NCBI GenBank assembly: GCA_021203775.1
Contig: JAJQAO010000015.1
Coordinates: 1-62,754 of the forward strand
Origin: Phascolarctobacterium sp.
GTDB lineage: Bacteria; Bacillota; Negativicutes; Acidaminococcales; Acidaminococcaceae
DNA: 62,754 bases
Reading direction: 5' to 3'
Positions 30,835 to 40,104 of the stretch are shown here, in pieces. The position numbers were made by a program, and so were the translations under genes. The notes under the pieces are model-generated. The model searched no databases, was not told the origin of the DNA, and was given only the letters and a program-made list of their open reading frames with translations. How positions within the stretch are numbered: position 1 is the first letter of the stretch; the number at the start of each line of letters is the position of its first letter.

Positions 30835-31788
30835 TTAAATATTTGCTATTTCTTCTTTTAAGCGCCTAAAAATCTCTTTTACGGGCAAAATTTCCTTGAT
30901 CTTCCACATATTAGCACCCGTAAACACCAAGCCCGTTTCCACATCTCCCTGCTGAGCACGCGTCAATGCACGTATAATGCAGAAACTGTGATTGCAATGC
31001 TTAAGACAGCCATCGCACACCGTCGGACGGGGCGTCTTATTTTCTAAAGACAGCTTAGCAAAGGGGCTTTTTATGGCACGCCCCTTATACCCGACAGGGC
31101 TGTCAATTTGTACTATGTCATCTTTAGTCATGTGTAAATAAAAATCTTTTAACGCCGGAGCACCATTTGACTCCTCGCTGGCAGCAAAGCGGCTGCCCAT
31201 TTGTACACCACTTGCCCCAAGATTCAAAAGGTCCACCACATCTCTTCCAGTAATGGCACCGCCCGCTGCAATAGCAGGAATCTTTACTGCTTTAACTATA
31301 TCAGGCAATATTTCCTTAATTGACTGTTGGGTGCCAAGATGCCCGCCAGCCTCTGTTCCTTCAACAATTATAGCTGAAGCACCCAGCTTCTCGGAAATTT
31401 TGGCTAACTTCACTGAAGAAACAATAGGTACAATCTCTACTCCATATTCACGCCCGACGGCGAACATATCTCTTGAAAAACCAGCGCCTGCCACAATTAA
31501 ATCAATTTTTTCCTGTGCCGCAGTCGTAATAAGGCCCAAGAATGCTCTTGCAGCAACCATGGCATTAATTCCTATTATACCCCGTCCGCCAGTAAGTTTC
31601 CTTGCTAAACGTATTTCCTGGCGCAATTCACAGAATTCCATTCCAGAGGCAGCTATAAGCCCAATGCCTCCTTCATTTGCCACGGCAGAAGCCAGACGGG
31701 CCGTAGACAACCTTATAGCCATACCTCCCTGTATAATCGGCAACTCTGCAACAAGTTTGCCGATTTTCAGCACCGGTAATTTCAACAA
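30835..31788 (-). CDS. fabK: enoyl-ACP reductase FabK (FMN-dependent, nitronate monooxygenase fold)
   Basis: 317-aa ORF with PIIQGGMA N-terminal motif, TIM-barrel FMN pattern and a C-terminal Cys-rich segment. Embedded in the fab operon. TTG start. Confidence 0.85.
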   Translation of the reverse strand: MLKLPVLKIGKLVAELPIIQGGMAIRLSTARLASAVANEGGIGLIAASGMEFCELRQEIRLARKLTGGRGIIGINAMVAARAFLGLITTAAQEKIDLIVAGAGFSRDMFAVGREYGVEIVPIVSSVKLAKISEKLGASAIIVEGTEAGGHLGTQQSIKEILPDIVKAVKIPAIAAGGAITGRDVVDLLNLGASGVQMGSRFAASEESNGAPALKDFYLHMTKDDIVQIDSPVGYKGRAIKSPFAKLSLENKTPRPTVCDGCLKHCNHSFCIIRALTRAQQGDVETGLVFTGANMWKIKEILPVKEIFRRLKEEIANI

Positions 31789-31840
31789 ATATCCCCCACT
31801 TCAGGATTACAAAACATTTTCATCTTCAAATAATTGATAG

Positions 31841-31873
31841 TTTTTCTGGGGACCTGAAAGGTCCCCAGAAAAA
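31841..31873 (-). other. stable stem-loop between acpP and fabK
   Basis: TTTTTCTGGGGACC-tgaaa-GGTCCCCAGAAAAA, about 14 bp with a GC-rich core. There is no 3' U-tract on either strand, so it is not a canonical terminator. Confidence 0.5.
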
Positions 31874-31885
31874 ATCCTACAAACG

Positions 31886-32119
31886 TTATTTTTCCTCATC
31901 CAACAGTTTAACTGCGTCACCAATAGTACGAATTTTTTCAGCCTTTTCATCGGGAATTTCAACGTTAAATTCTTCCTCAAAAGCCATAATAAGCTCAACT
32001 ATATCGAGGGAGTCGGCGCCGAGATCATCGATGAAAGCGGATTCCATCTTTACTTCGTCTGCGTCAACGCTCAATTGCTCAACAGTGATGTCTCTTACTT
32101 TTTCGAAAGTGCTCATCAC
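31886..32119 (-). CDS. acpP: acyl carrier protein
   Basis: 77-aa product with the phosphopantetheine site DLGADSLD. Confidence 0.95.
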   Translation of the reverse strand: MMSTFEKVRDITVEQLSVDADEVKMESAFIDDLGADSLDIVELIMAFEEEFNVEIPDEKAEKIRTIGDAVKLLDEEK

Positions 32120-32158
32120 GATTCACCTCCTTCCAAAATAAAATAGATTGTTGCAATA

Positions 32159-32905
32159 TTACATTACCATACCGCCGTCAACATGTAAAGTCTGGCCGGT
32201 TATATAATCAGCGTTATCACTCACAAAGAACAATACCGCCTTAGCAATGTCCTCAGGTTCACCTAAACGCTTTTGAGGAATAGTGGCTATCATGCCTTCT
32301 ACAACCTTTTCAGGAAGCACGCGGGTCATATCTGTTTTTATAAACCCTGGTGCCACCGCATTTACCGTAATACCGCGGGAGGCCACTTCTTTTGCAACTG
32401 CTTTGGTAAAGCCCAAAATACCAGCTTTAGCAGCGGCATAATTAGCCTGTCCCGCATTACCTATTATCCCTACCACTGAACTGATGCTGACAATGCGGCC
32501 ACTTCTTTGTTTCATCATATATTTTATCGCCGCTTTAGTGCAATTATATACGCCTTTTAAATTAGTAGCCAGTACAGCATCCCAGTCCTCTTCTTTCATC
32601 CTTATCAGAAGGCCATCCCGGGTAATGCCGGCATTGTTAATCAAAATATCAACGCTCCCGAACTCCTGCACCACTTTTTCTAGCATAGATTCACTCTCCG
32701 AATAAGAAGAGACGTTAGCTTGAATAAGCAGCGCCTTACGCCCCATGGCCTTTATGGCTTCGGCAACTTCTTTTGCATCTGCCTCATTGCCTGTAATATA
32801 ATTCACAGCAACATCAGCTCCTGCCTTGGCCAAGGCTAATGCTATAACACGACCTATTCCGCGAGAAGAACCGGTGACTAAAGCTTTTTTCCCTTCAAGA
32901 TTCAT
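32159..32905 (-). CDS. fabG: 3-oxoacyl-ACP reductase
   Basis: 248-aa SDR with TGSSRGIG, NNAG and YAAAK motifs. Confidence 0.93.
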   Translation of the reverse strand: MNLEGKKALVTGSSRGIGRVIALALAKAGADVAVNYITGNEADAKEVAEAIKAMGRKALLIQANVSSYSESESMLEKVVQEFGSVDILINNAGITRDGLLIRMKEEDWDAVLATNLKGVYNCTKAAIKYMMKQRSGRIVSISSVVGIIGNAGQANYAAAKAGILGFTKAVAKEVASRGITVNAVAPGFIKTDMTRVLPEKVVEGMIATIPQKRLGEPEDIAKAVLFFVSDNADYITGQTLHVDGGMVM

Positions 32906-33854
32906 TTATTTTCCCTCCTTTTAAATATTCAAGTGTTTTTTTCAGGCTCTCCGGATCTTCGACATTCAAAGCTGGTAGCCCCTTAGCAATTTTTTTCGTG
33001 AATCCGGTAAGGGTTTTACCGGGTCCCACTTCGATGAAAGTATCAACACCATCCGTCGCCATATTTAATACAGATTTTTCCCATAAAACAGGGCTGGCTG
33101 CCTGTTTAATCAGTGATTCATTTATTTCAGCAGATAACTTTACTTCCTTTGCAGTAACATTGGCAATTACCGGAATTTTGGCATCATGGATAGTAATCTG
33201 CGCTAAAGCCTCCGCCAACCGTTTAGAAGCTGGCTGCATCAGGCTGCTGTGGAACGGCGCACTTACAGGAAGCTGCACAACACGTTTGGCTCCAGCTGCC
33301 TTTAAATCTTCACAAGCACTATCAACCGCAGCAGTAGCACCGGCAATAACAACCTGTCCAGGACAATTGAAATTAACTGCTTGCACTATCCCGCCGTTTT
33401 CAGCCGTCACCTTATTGCAAATTTCCACAATGCGTTCGCTTTCCATTCCTAAGACAGCCGCCATTCCGCCTTCTCCCACAGGAACTGCTTCCTGCATAAA
33501 CTGCCCTCTCTGACGCACGATGCGCACGGCATCCGCAAAAGCTAGAGCCTCAGAAACCACAAGGGCGGAATATTCACCCAAGCTATGACCTGCCGCAACA
33601 TCGCAGCATATATCATACTGCTTCAGTACTGCCGCACAGGCAATGCTTGCAGTCAAAATAGCCGGTTGGGTATTATAAGTAAGGCAAAGTTCGTCCTCCG
33701 GTCCTTCAAAACACATTTTTGTTATTGAGAACCCTAAAGCTTCATCTGCTTCCTCAAAAATATGCCTTGCAACCGTATATTGATCGTAAAAATTTTTGCA
33801 CATCCCTACGTTCTGGGCTCCCTGTCCGGGAAAGACGAATGCTATTTTGCTCAT
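32895..33854 (-). CDS. fabD: malonyl-CoA:ACP transacylase
   Basis: FPGQGAQ and active-site GHSLGEY motifs. Confidence 0.95.
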   Translation of the reverse strand: MSKIAFVFPGQGAQNVGMCKNFYDQYTVARHIFEEADEALGFSITKMCFEGPEDELCLTYNTQPAILTASIACAAVLKQYDICCDVAAGHSLGEYSALVVSEALAFADAVRIVRQRGQFMQEAVPVGEGGMAAVLGMESERIVEICNKVTAENGGIVQAVNFNCPGQVVIAGATAAVDSACEDLKAAGAKRVVQLPVSAPFHSSLMQPASKRLAEALAQITIHDAKIPVIANVTAKEVKLSAEINESLIKQAASPVLWEKSVLNMATDGVDTFIEVGPGKTLTGFTKKIAKGLPALNVEDPESLKKTLEYLKGGKINES

Positions 33855-33872
33855 GCAGACTTTACCTCTCTT

Positions 33873-34874
33873 TCAAGATATCTTCTCTTTACACCATTTC
33901 AGTACAACGGATGCCCAGGTTAAACCTGCCCCGAACCCGGCCAGCAGAATATTATCACCTTTTTTTATGGCACCTGCCGCCTGAGCCTCGCATAGCGCAA
34001 TAGGGATGGAAGCTGCTGAAGTGTTGGCATATTTATCCAGATTTACCCACACTTTCTCCATTGGCAGGTTTAGCCGTTTGGCTGCAGATGTAATAATTCT
34101 GAGATTTGCCTGATGGGGAATAAGCATATCTATATCTTCTGGTTTCATGTTGGCATTTGCCAGTACTTTTTCTGTAGTTTTACCCATAATTTTAATGGCA
34201 AATTTAAATACCTCCTGCCCATTCATATGAATGGTATGGTCATTAGCTGCAACAGTCTCAGAACTTGCCGGGCAACGGCTTCCTCCTGCAGGCTGATACA
34301 GATATTTACCGCCGCTGCCATCAGCACCCATATCAATTCCTAAAACACCATAGCCCGGTTCTGTAATCCCAACAACAGCTGCTCCAGCTCCATCGCCAAA
34401 AACCACACAGGTATTGCGGTCATGCCAATTCATTATACTTGACAAAGTTTCCGCCCCTATAATAAGTATATTTTTATAAAGCCCAGACTTTATAAGCTGA
34501 CTGCTCACAGCCAGACTATAGACAAAACCGCTGCATCCTGCGGATAAATCAAAAGCGGCGGCGTTTTTAGCTCTCAAACGATCCTGAAGTATACAGGCCG
34601 TAGAAGGAAAAGCATGATCAGGAGATGCAGTAGCTAAAATAATAAGATCAATATCCTCCGCTGACATACCAGCATCCTGCAGAGCCTTCTCTGATGCAAT
34701 AAGCGACATATCTGATGTGGCTTCATTTTCCGCAGCAACATGCCTCTGTTTGATGCCAGTACGCTCTGTTATCCACTGGTCACTTGTGTCCACAATCTTT
34801 TCCAAATCGTAATTTGTTATAATTTTTTTAGGGACATAATATCCCATACCTAAAATGCCGACTGCTCTTGTCAT
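33873..34874 (-). CDS. fabH: 3-oxoacyl-ACP synthase III
   Basis: 333-aa KAS III with AGCSGF active-site Cys context, HQAN, and GFGAGLTW. Confidence 0.95.
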   Translation of the reverse strand: MTRAVGILGMGYYVPKKIITNYDLEKIVDTSDQWITERTGIKQRHVAAENEATSDMSLIASEKALQDAGMSAEDIDLIILATASPDHAFPSTACILQDRLRAKNAAAFDLSAGCSGFVYSLAVSSQLIKSGLYKNILIIGAETLSSIMNWHDRNTCVVFGDGAGAAVVGITEPGYGVLGIDMGADGSGGKYLYQPAGGSRCPASSETVAANDHTIHMNGQEVFKFAIKIMGKTTEKVLANANMKPEDIDMLIPHQANLRIITSAAKRLNLPMEKVWVNLDKYANTSAASIPIALCEAQAAGAIKKGDNILLAGFGAGLTWASVVLKWCKEKIS

Positions 34875-35893
34875 TCTTTGATACCCCGCTCTTTTTTCGA
34901 TGCAGCTATTCTTGCACCAATATGATTGATTACATCATTATCGACAAAATCCATAGCCACTTTGATGGCACTGGTAATTGACTTTGCTCTAGAACTGCCA
35001 TGGCAAATTATAAAAGGTGCGCGGACCCCTAATAAGAGCGCACCGCCGTATTCTGATGGATCAAGACGTTTTCCCAATTTCTTCAGGGATGGTTTAATCA
35101 GCATTCCTCCTACTTTAGCCATAATCCCGCCATCTAAAATAGCTTCTTTCATAAGCTTTAAAATTGCCCAAGCCAGCCCTTCGGCAAATTTCAAAACAAC
35201 ATTACCGACAAATCCGTCACAAACCACTACATCCACTGTCCCTTTATTTATATCTCTTCCTTCTACATTACCTATAAAATTTATCTGCCCGTTACTCTGC
35301 AGCAAAGGATAGGTTTCTAAAGCCTGCTCGTTACCTTTCGTTTCTTCTTCACCAATATTTAATAGCCCAACCTTAGGATTTTTTATACGCAATATTCTTT
35401 CAGCATAGACGGTACCCATAATAGCATTCTGTACCATATGCTCAGGCTTGGCATCTACTTTGGCTCCACTATCCAAGACCACTGTTGTTCCCGTCAAACT
35501 TGGAATAGGCGTAGCTATAGCAGGACGATCCACCCCACGAATTCTCCCTAAGCAGAATAATGCCGCCGCTACGGCAGCACCAGTACTAGCAGGTGCAATC
35601 AGCGCATCGCATTCTTTATTTCGCAACATTTTGGCTCCCACTACCACAGAAGCATCTTTTTTAGATTTTACGGCAATGCTCGCATGTTCCCTCATGGAAA
35701 TCACTTCACTGGCATGATGAATAGTTATTCTCGAGTCATTATCCGCTTTATATTTACGCAAAAGTCCCCCAATAATATCAGAATCTCCCACCAGTATGAT
35801 TTCGCAGCCAAAAGTTCTCACTGCCTGTACTGCTCCTAATACCATTTCCTGGGGGCCATAATCAGTTCCCATGACATCTAAAGCTATTTTCAT
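34871..35893 (-). CDS. plsX: phosphate acyltransferase PlsX
   Basis: 340-aa ORF with a PlsX-like sequence (IALDVMG, CDGFVGNVVLK). Overlaps fabH and fapR by 4 nt. Confidence 0.95.
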   Translation of the reverse strand: MKIALDVMGTDYGPQEMVLGAVQAVRTFGCEIILVGDSDIIGGLLRKYKADNDSRITIHHASEVISMREHASIAVKSKKDASVVVGAKMLRNKECDALIAPASTGAAVAAALFCLGRIRGVDRPAIATPIPSLTGTTVVLDSGAKVDAKPEHMVQNAIMGTVYAERILRIKNPKVGLLNIGEEETKGNEQALETYPLLQSNGQINFIGNVEGRDINKGTVDVVVCDGFVGNVVLKFAEGLAWAILKLMKEAILDGGIMAKVGGMLIKPSLKKLGKRLDPSEYGGALLLGVRAPFIICHGSSRAKSITSAIKVAMDFVDNDVINHIGARIAASKKERGIKE

Positions 35894-36465
35894 TCTTTCG
35901 GTTTCCTTTCCTGGTCTAAGGATACAACAATAAATTTAGCCCTAAAAACTTCCTCGTTATTATTCCTGATTTTTACCCAAATAAAATACTTATTATTACG
36001 TTTGTGTGTTACCTCTGCTTTAGCTACCAGAGTTGCTCCCGAGTATACCGGAATTTTATATTTCACATTGCAGACCCCAGTTAATGCTATCTGCGCATCT
36101 ACAACAGCTAAAGCCAAAGTATCAGCCATGGCAAACATATAATATCCGCGGGCTACGCCTGTTTTTTCCAACACCATTTCCGGTAATATTTTCATGGTTG
36201 AAATACCTATCTTATTCAATTCCAAATCAACGAGCTCGCCTATTATATCCTTTTTATCAATGGCCCGGAGTTTGTTTTGTGCATTTTCCGCCATGTTACG
36301 CGTACGTTCCCGTAATTCAGGAATGCCAAGGGCAATACGATCCAATCTGATAGACTGTACGCTGACATCCAGATCTTCTGCCAGCTGCTTGTCTGTTCTG
36401 AATGGATTGTCACGCAGAATTCTTTTCAATTTTTCATGTCGCATTAGCTTTTTAAAAGAATTCAT
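35890..36465 (-). CDS. fapR: fatty acid/phospholipid synthesis regulator FapR
   Basis: HTH DKQLAEDLDVSVQSIRLDRIALGIPELRER plus a hotdog-fold C-domain. Start is uncertain: ATG 36465 or 36444, or the track's TTG 36480. Confidence 0.85.
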   Translation of the reverse strand: MNSFKKLMRHEKLKRILRDNPFRTDKQLAEDLDVSVQSIRLDRIALGIPELRERTRNMAENAQNKLRAIDKKDIIGELVDLELNKIGISTMKILPEMVLEKTGVARGYYMFAMADTLALAVVDAQIALTGVCNVKYKIPVYSGATLVAKAEVTHKRNNKYFIWVKIRNNNEEVFRAKFIVVSLDQERKPKE

Positions 36466-36484
36466 TCCTGCATACACCAACTTT

Positions 36485-36541
36485 TTAGTACCAGATCATA
36501 ATATCTGTCTATATTATAAAATCAGAATATCATTTTGGCAA
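36485..36541 (-). promoter_or_regulatory. fapR operon promoter with candidate FapR operator
   Basis: Minus strand: TTGCCA (36536-36541), 17 nt, TATAAT (36513-36518). The imperfect dyad TTAGTACCAGATCATAA (36485-36501) lies just downstream and resembles the B. subtilis FapR box as I recall it. Confidence 0.5.
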
Positions 36542-36594
36542 GCGAAATTTCCAATATTTCCAATAATTTCACAAATTTATAATTTTTTATATTA

Positions 36595-36633
36595 AAAGTA
36601 AAGACCCTAAAAGCTTCAGCTTAAAGGGTCTTC
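36595..36633 (-). terminator. terminator after rpmF
   Basis: AAGACCCT-N16-AGGGTCTT, followed on the minus strand by TACTTTTAAT. Confidence 0.65.
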
Positions 36634-36642
36634 AAACTATAA

Positions 36643-36822
36643 CTATTCATCCGTTGCAATGACCTGTTTACCTTTATAGAAACCACATTCAGGACAAATT
36701 CGATGGGGCATTTTCATTTCATGACATTGCGGACATTCCACCAAATTAGGCACAGTCAGTTTCCAATTAGCGCGACGAGAATCGCGGCGGGATTTGGACA
36801 TTTTTCTCTTTGGTACTGCCAT
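36643..36822 (-). CDS. rpmF: 50S ribosomal protein L32 (Zn-ribbon form)
   Basis: Absent from the ORF track because it is under 60 aa. Hand translation gives MAVPKRKMSKSRRDSRRANWKLTVPNLVECPQCHEMKMPHRICPECGFYKGKQVIATDE, with GAGGAGGTG upstream. Confidence 0.9.
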   Translation of the reverse strand: MAVPKRKMSKSRRDSRRANWKLTVPNLVECPQCHEMKMPHRICPECGFYKGKQVIATDE

Positions 36823-36858
36823 TTCCTTACACCTCCTCAGGCTATCAAATATGCTGGA

Positions 36859-37362
36859 TTAGTTTTTCCTCAATTTTTTTAATACTGTTAGCCTAGGATC
36901 AAAAGAAGTTCTGTCACAGTCACAGCAACCAGTATTAAGATCGGTACCACAGATAGGGCAAAGGCCCAAACAGTCTTCCTTGCAAAGAGTCTGCATCGGT
37001 TCTGCCAGCAACAGACCTTCTCGTAGTGGCTCTGTTATATCAAGTATATCAGAATCGCAGGTAGAAACATCCTGCTCAATCCCTTCTGTGTCCGATATAT
37101 AAAATTCCTCAGTAACCTCTGCTTTAATACATGTTACCAATTCTTTCAAACAGCGGTTACAAGCGTGCTGCACTTTTGCTGTTATAACAGCCTCTAAAAA
37201 CAAAATTCTACCGACATTACTTATCTTACCTTCAGCATTTATTGTCCCCAGAATATGAATATCTCGTTCTGATATATTCAACTCTTCAGGTTCAAGACTG
37301 TAAGAAAAAGTCTTCTGTTCAGCCAGATTTCTCTTTATTTCCGCAACACTTATTTCTACCAT
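36859..37362 (-). CDS. yceD: YceD/DUF177 family protein
   Basis: 167-aa ORF with C-terminal Cys cluster CKEDCLGLCPICGTDLNTGCCDC. Conserved pairing with rpmF. Confidence 0.85.
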   Translation of the reverse strand: MVEISVAEIKRNLAEQKTFSYSLEPEELNISERDIHILGTINAEGKISNVGRILFLEAVITAKVQHACNRCLKELVTCIKAEVTEEFYISDTEGIEQDVSTCDSDILDITEPLREGLLLAEPMQTLCKEDCLGLCPICGTDLNTGCCDCDRTSFDPRLTVLKKLRKN

Positions 37363-37380
37363 ATTCTACCAATCGTTACA

Positions 37381-37409
37381 ATTATATCTATGTATAGCGT
37401 CCTTGTCAA
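37381..37409 (-). promoter_or_regulatory. yceD-rpmF promoter (consensus sigma-70 type)
   Basis: Minus strand: TTGACA (37404-37409), exactly 17 nt, TATAAT (37381-37386). Confidence 0.7.
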
Positions 37410-37421
37410 GCAAAATACAGC

Positions 37422-38630
37422 TTACAGCTTGGTTATCCGACGGCAAATCCTATATGTGTCCCGCGCGATAACCAATTCCTCATTTGTAGGAATAACAAAA
37501 ATTTTTACCCTGGCACGTCTTATACTGATTTCACGCGCTTCACCACGAACTGCATTTAAAACAGGGTCAATACGCGTACCAAGATACTCCAACCCATTAC
37601 AAATTTTATCGCGCATAAACGGTGAATTTTCACCTAACCCTGCCGTGAAAACTATAGCATCCACGCCACCCATAGCTGCCACATATGAACCGATATACTT
37701 TTTTACTTTATAAGCAAAAATATCTATTGCAAGCTGGCTACGTTCATCTCCACTGTTAGCAGCCTCTTCCAAATCGCGGAAATCACTGGAAACGCCAGAA
37801 ATACCCAAAATACCACTTTGCTTATTTAAGTAATTATCAACCTGCTGGGCAGTCATGTGCTCCTTTTCCATTAAAAAAGGTATTATAGCCGGATCAATCT
37901 CCCCGCTGCGAGTTCCCATAATAAGACCTTCCAAGGGAGTGTACCCCATGCTTGTATCAACAGATTTTCCATATTTTATAGCTGTTATACTGGCACCATT
38001 TCCTAAATGACAAGTTATAATGCGCAAATCATTAGTGTGCTCCCCCATCATTTCAGCCGCTCTCTGGGCGACATATTTATGTGATGTGCCATGAAACCCA
38101 TATCTGCGCAGGCCATATTTTACATATAACTCATAAGGTAGTCCGTATAAGAACGCAACACGAGGCATCGTTTGATGAAATGCTGTATCGAATACAGCTA
38201 CCTGTGGCGTATCTGGCATTAACTCTGTACATGCTTTGATACCCAGTACATTCGGCGGATTATGCAAAGGCGCAATTTCACTGCAGGCCTCAATGCCCTT
38301 AAGGACGTCAGATGTTATAAGAACACTGTCAGTAAATCTCTCCCCGCCATGAACCACGCGATGACCGACAGCATCTATTCCTTTCATGCTTCCAATCACG
38401 CCGTATTCACTATTAGTAAGTGCCTCAATTACCATTTGAATTCCTACCTTATGGTCAGGAATATCGGCATTGACAGTAACTGTATCTTTACCTACAGGCG
38501 TATGTTTAAGTAGTGAGCCGTCCATCCCGATGCGTTCGATAAGACCTTTAGCCATTACAATTTCGCCTTCCATATTAATAAGCTGATACTTAATTGAAGA
38601 ACTACCGCAGTTTACTACAAAAACAACCAT
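37422..38630 (-). CDS. ackA: acetate kinase
   Basis: 402-aa ORF with [14 protein letters not shown]-terminus, HRVVHGG, and FHGTSH. Confidence 0.96.
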   Translation of the reverse strand: MVVFVVNCGSSSIKYQLINMEGEIVMAKGLIERIGMDGSLLKHTPVGKDTVTVNADIPDHKVGIQMVIEALTNSEYGVIGSMKGIDAVGHRVVHGGERFTDSVLITSDVLKGIEACSEIAPLHNPPNVLGIKACTELMPDTPQVAVFDTAFHQTMPRVAFLYGLPYELYVKYGLRRYGFHGTSHKYVAQRAAEMMGEHTNDLRIITCHLGNGASITAIKYGKSVDTSMGYTPLEGLIMGTRSGEIDPAIIPFLMEKEHMTAQQVDNYLNKQSGILGISGVSSDFRDLEEAANSGDERSQLAIDIFAYKVKKYIGSYVAAMGGVDAIVFTAGLGENSPFMRDKICNGLEYLGTRIDPVLNAVRGEAREISIRRARVKIFVIPTNEELVIARDTYRICRRITKL

Positions 38631-38871
38631 TATAGGCCTCCTAAATAAGAATATTTATCTTACATATTGATAACATTCATTACATTCCTAGTATACACCT
38701 TTTAATAAGAATTGAACAGTGCTGCTTTCTATATTTCATCAGTATTTCATCAGTTTTATGTGACATATTCATGACAGCAAACTTCCAAATATTTATCATA
38801 AAAAGCAGGCCTAAAGTTATGCTATAATTATTAAAGAAAGATTATTGCAAAATCATGTATAAGGAGTAAAA

Positions 38872-40080
38872 ATGCAGCAAGCAGTAGGCATTATTGCCGA
38901 ATATAATCCTTTTCACAACGGACATCTGTATCACTTGAAAGAAGCGCAAAAAACAGGCCTGCCAGTAATAGCAGTAATGAGCGGTACTATTATGCAGCGC
39001 GGCGAACCTGCTTTCTGGAATAAATGGCTCCGCGCACGCATTGCAGTAATGAACGGTATTGATCTGATTTTGGAGCTACCTGCTGCTTTTTCCCTGCGCA
39101 GTGCAGAATTTTTTGCACAGGGAGCTGTCGCTATTTTACAGGCTACAGGTTGTGTAAAATATCTGGCATGCGGAGCAGAAAATCCCAACTATGATTTTAA
39201 AACCATAGCACGCATCACCCTGAGTTCCAAATTTAAGCACCAGTTGCAGTTGGGTCTTAAGACAGGACTTACTTATGCTGCTGCTTACAGCAGCGCCATA
39301 GAAGAACTTAGCGACAAAAAAATTCATTTAAATATGCCCAATGACATTTTAGCACTGGAATATTGTAAGGCCCTAGAAAATACTTCAATCAGCCCGATTT
39401 TCATACAACGACAACAAACCGGTTATAACGAGAGCAGCATATGCGGCTCCATAGCCAGTGCCACTGCCATCCGCGCTGCTTTTCTTGAACAGCGCATTAC
39501 CCAAGTGCAAACGGCACTTCCTCCCATTGTTTGGCAAAAGCTTTCCGAATACCATAAAGCTGCAGCAGGCTATAACGAACAACTTTTATGGCAGTTAATT
39601 AAGTATCGCCTTGCCATGCTGGGCACTGAAGAAATCGCCGATAGCTGTCAATGCAGTGAAGGCCTTGAAAATCTGATTAAAGAAGCTGTCCGTTGCTCTT
39701 CCCTATCTGAAGCTTTGCAGTGCTGCACGAAAAAACGCTACCCTACGGCACGGATCCGCAGGCTGTTTTTGCAACTGCTTCTGCAAAAACCCCGCCACTA
39801 TTTTGAACAAAAAGTTCCCGCGTATTTCAGGGTACTTGCTTTCTCAAGCACAGGCCGCCAAATTTTAAAAGTTATAAAAGCCCAAAATGAACTGCCAATT
39901 ATTACCAAACTCGGTAATAATCCGTATTCAATGCAGAGCACTTCCTTAAAAGAACAGTTGGAACTTGATATAGCTTCCAGCAATCTTTCTGCGCTACTGC
40001 GTATGCCTCCACAGGTTTACGGCAGCGATTTTTTAACTTCTCCATATTATTATGATACATCTGATACATCTGCTGGTTAA
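38872..40080 (+). CDS. tmcAL: tRNA(Met) cytidine acetate ligase (YlbM/UPF0348 nucleotidyltransferase)
   Basis: 402-aa ORF with GIIAEYNPFHNGHLYHL (HxGH class) N-terminus. Synteny with yceD-rpmF, as in ylbM-ylbN-rpmF. Confidence 0.8.
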   Translation: MQQAVGIIAEYNPFHNGHLYHLKEAQKTGLPVIAVMSGTIMQRGEPAFWNKWLRARIAVMNGIDLILELPAAFSLRSAEFFAQGAVAILQATGCVKYLACGAENPNYDFKTIARITLSSKFKHQLQLGLKTGLTYAAAYSSAIEELSDKKIHLNMPNDILALEYCKALENTSISPIFIQRQQTGYNESSICGSIASATAIRAAFLEQRITQVQTALPPIVWQKLSEYHKAAAGYNEQLLWQLIKYRLAMLGTEEIADSCQCSEGLENLIKEAVRCSSLSEALQCCTKKRYPTARIRRLFLQLLLQKPRHYFEQKVPAYFRVLAFSSTGRQILKVIKAQNELPIITKLGNNPYSMQSTSLKEQLELDIASSNLSALLRMPPQVYGSDFLTSPYYYDTSDTSAG

Positions 40081-40104
40081 ACATGTAATGCCGCCACTTA
40101 TATC

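Noticed and set aside
31253-31837. 194-aa antisense ORF across fabK. The same applies to 32998..33513 across fabD and 35448..35717 across plsX.
   Set aside because: These are open antisense frames of GC-richer, Ala/Gly-rich genes, with no independent support.
31807-31998. 63-aa same-strand ORF overlapping the acpP 3' end and the acpP-fabK spacer.
   Set aside because: It is out of frame with acpP and has no SD sequence. The spacer is better explained by the stem-loop.
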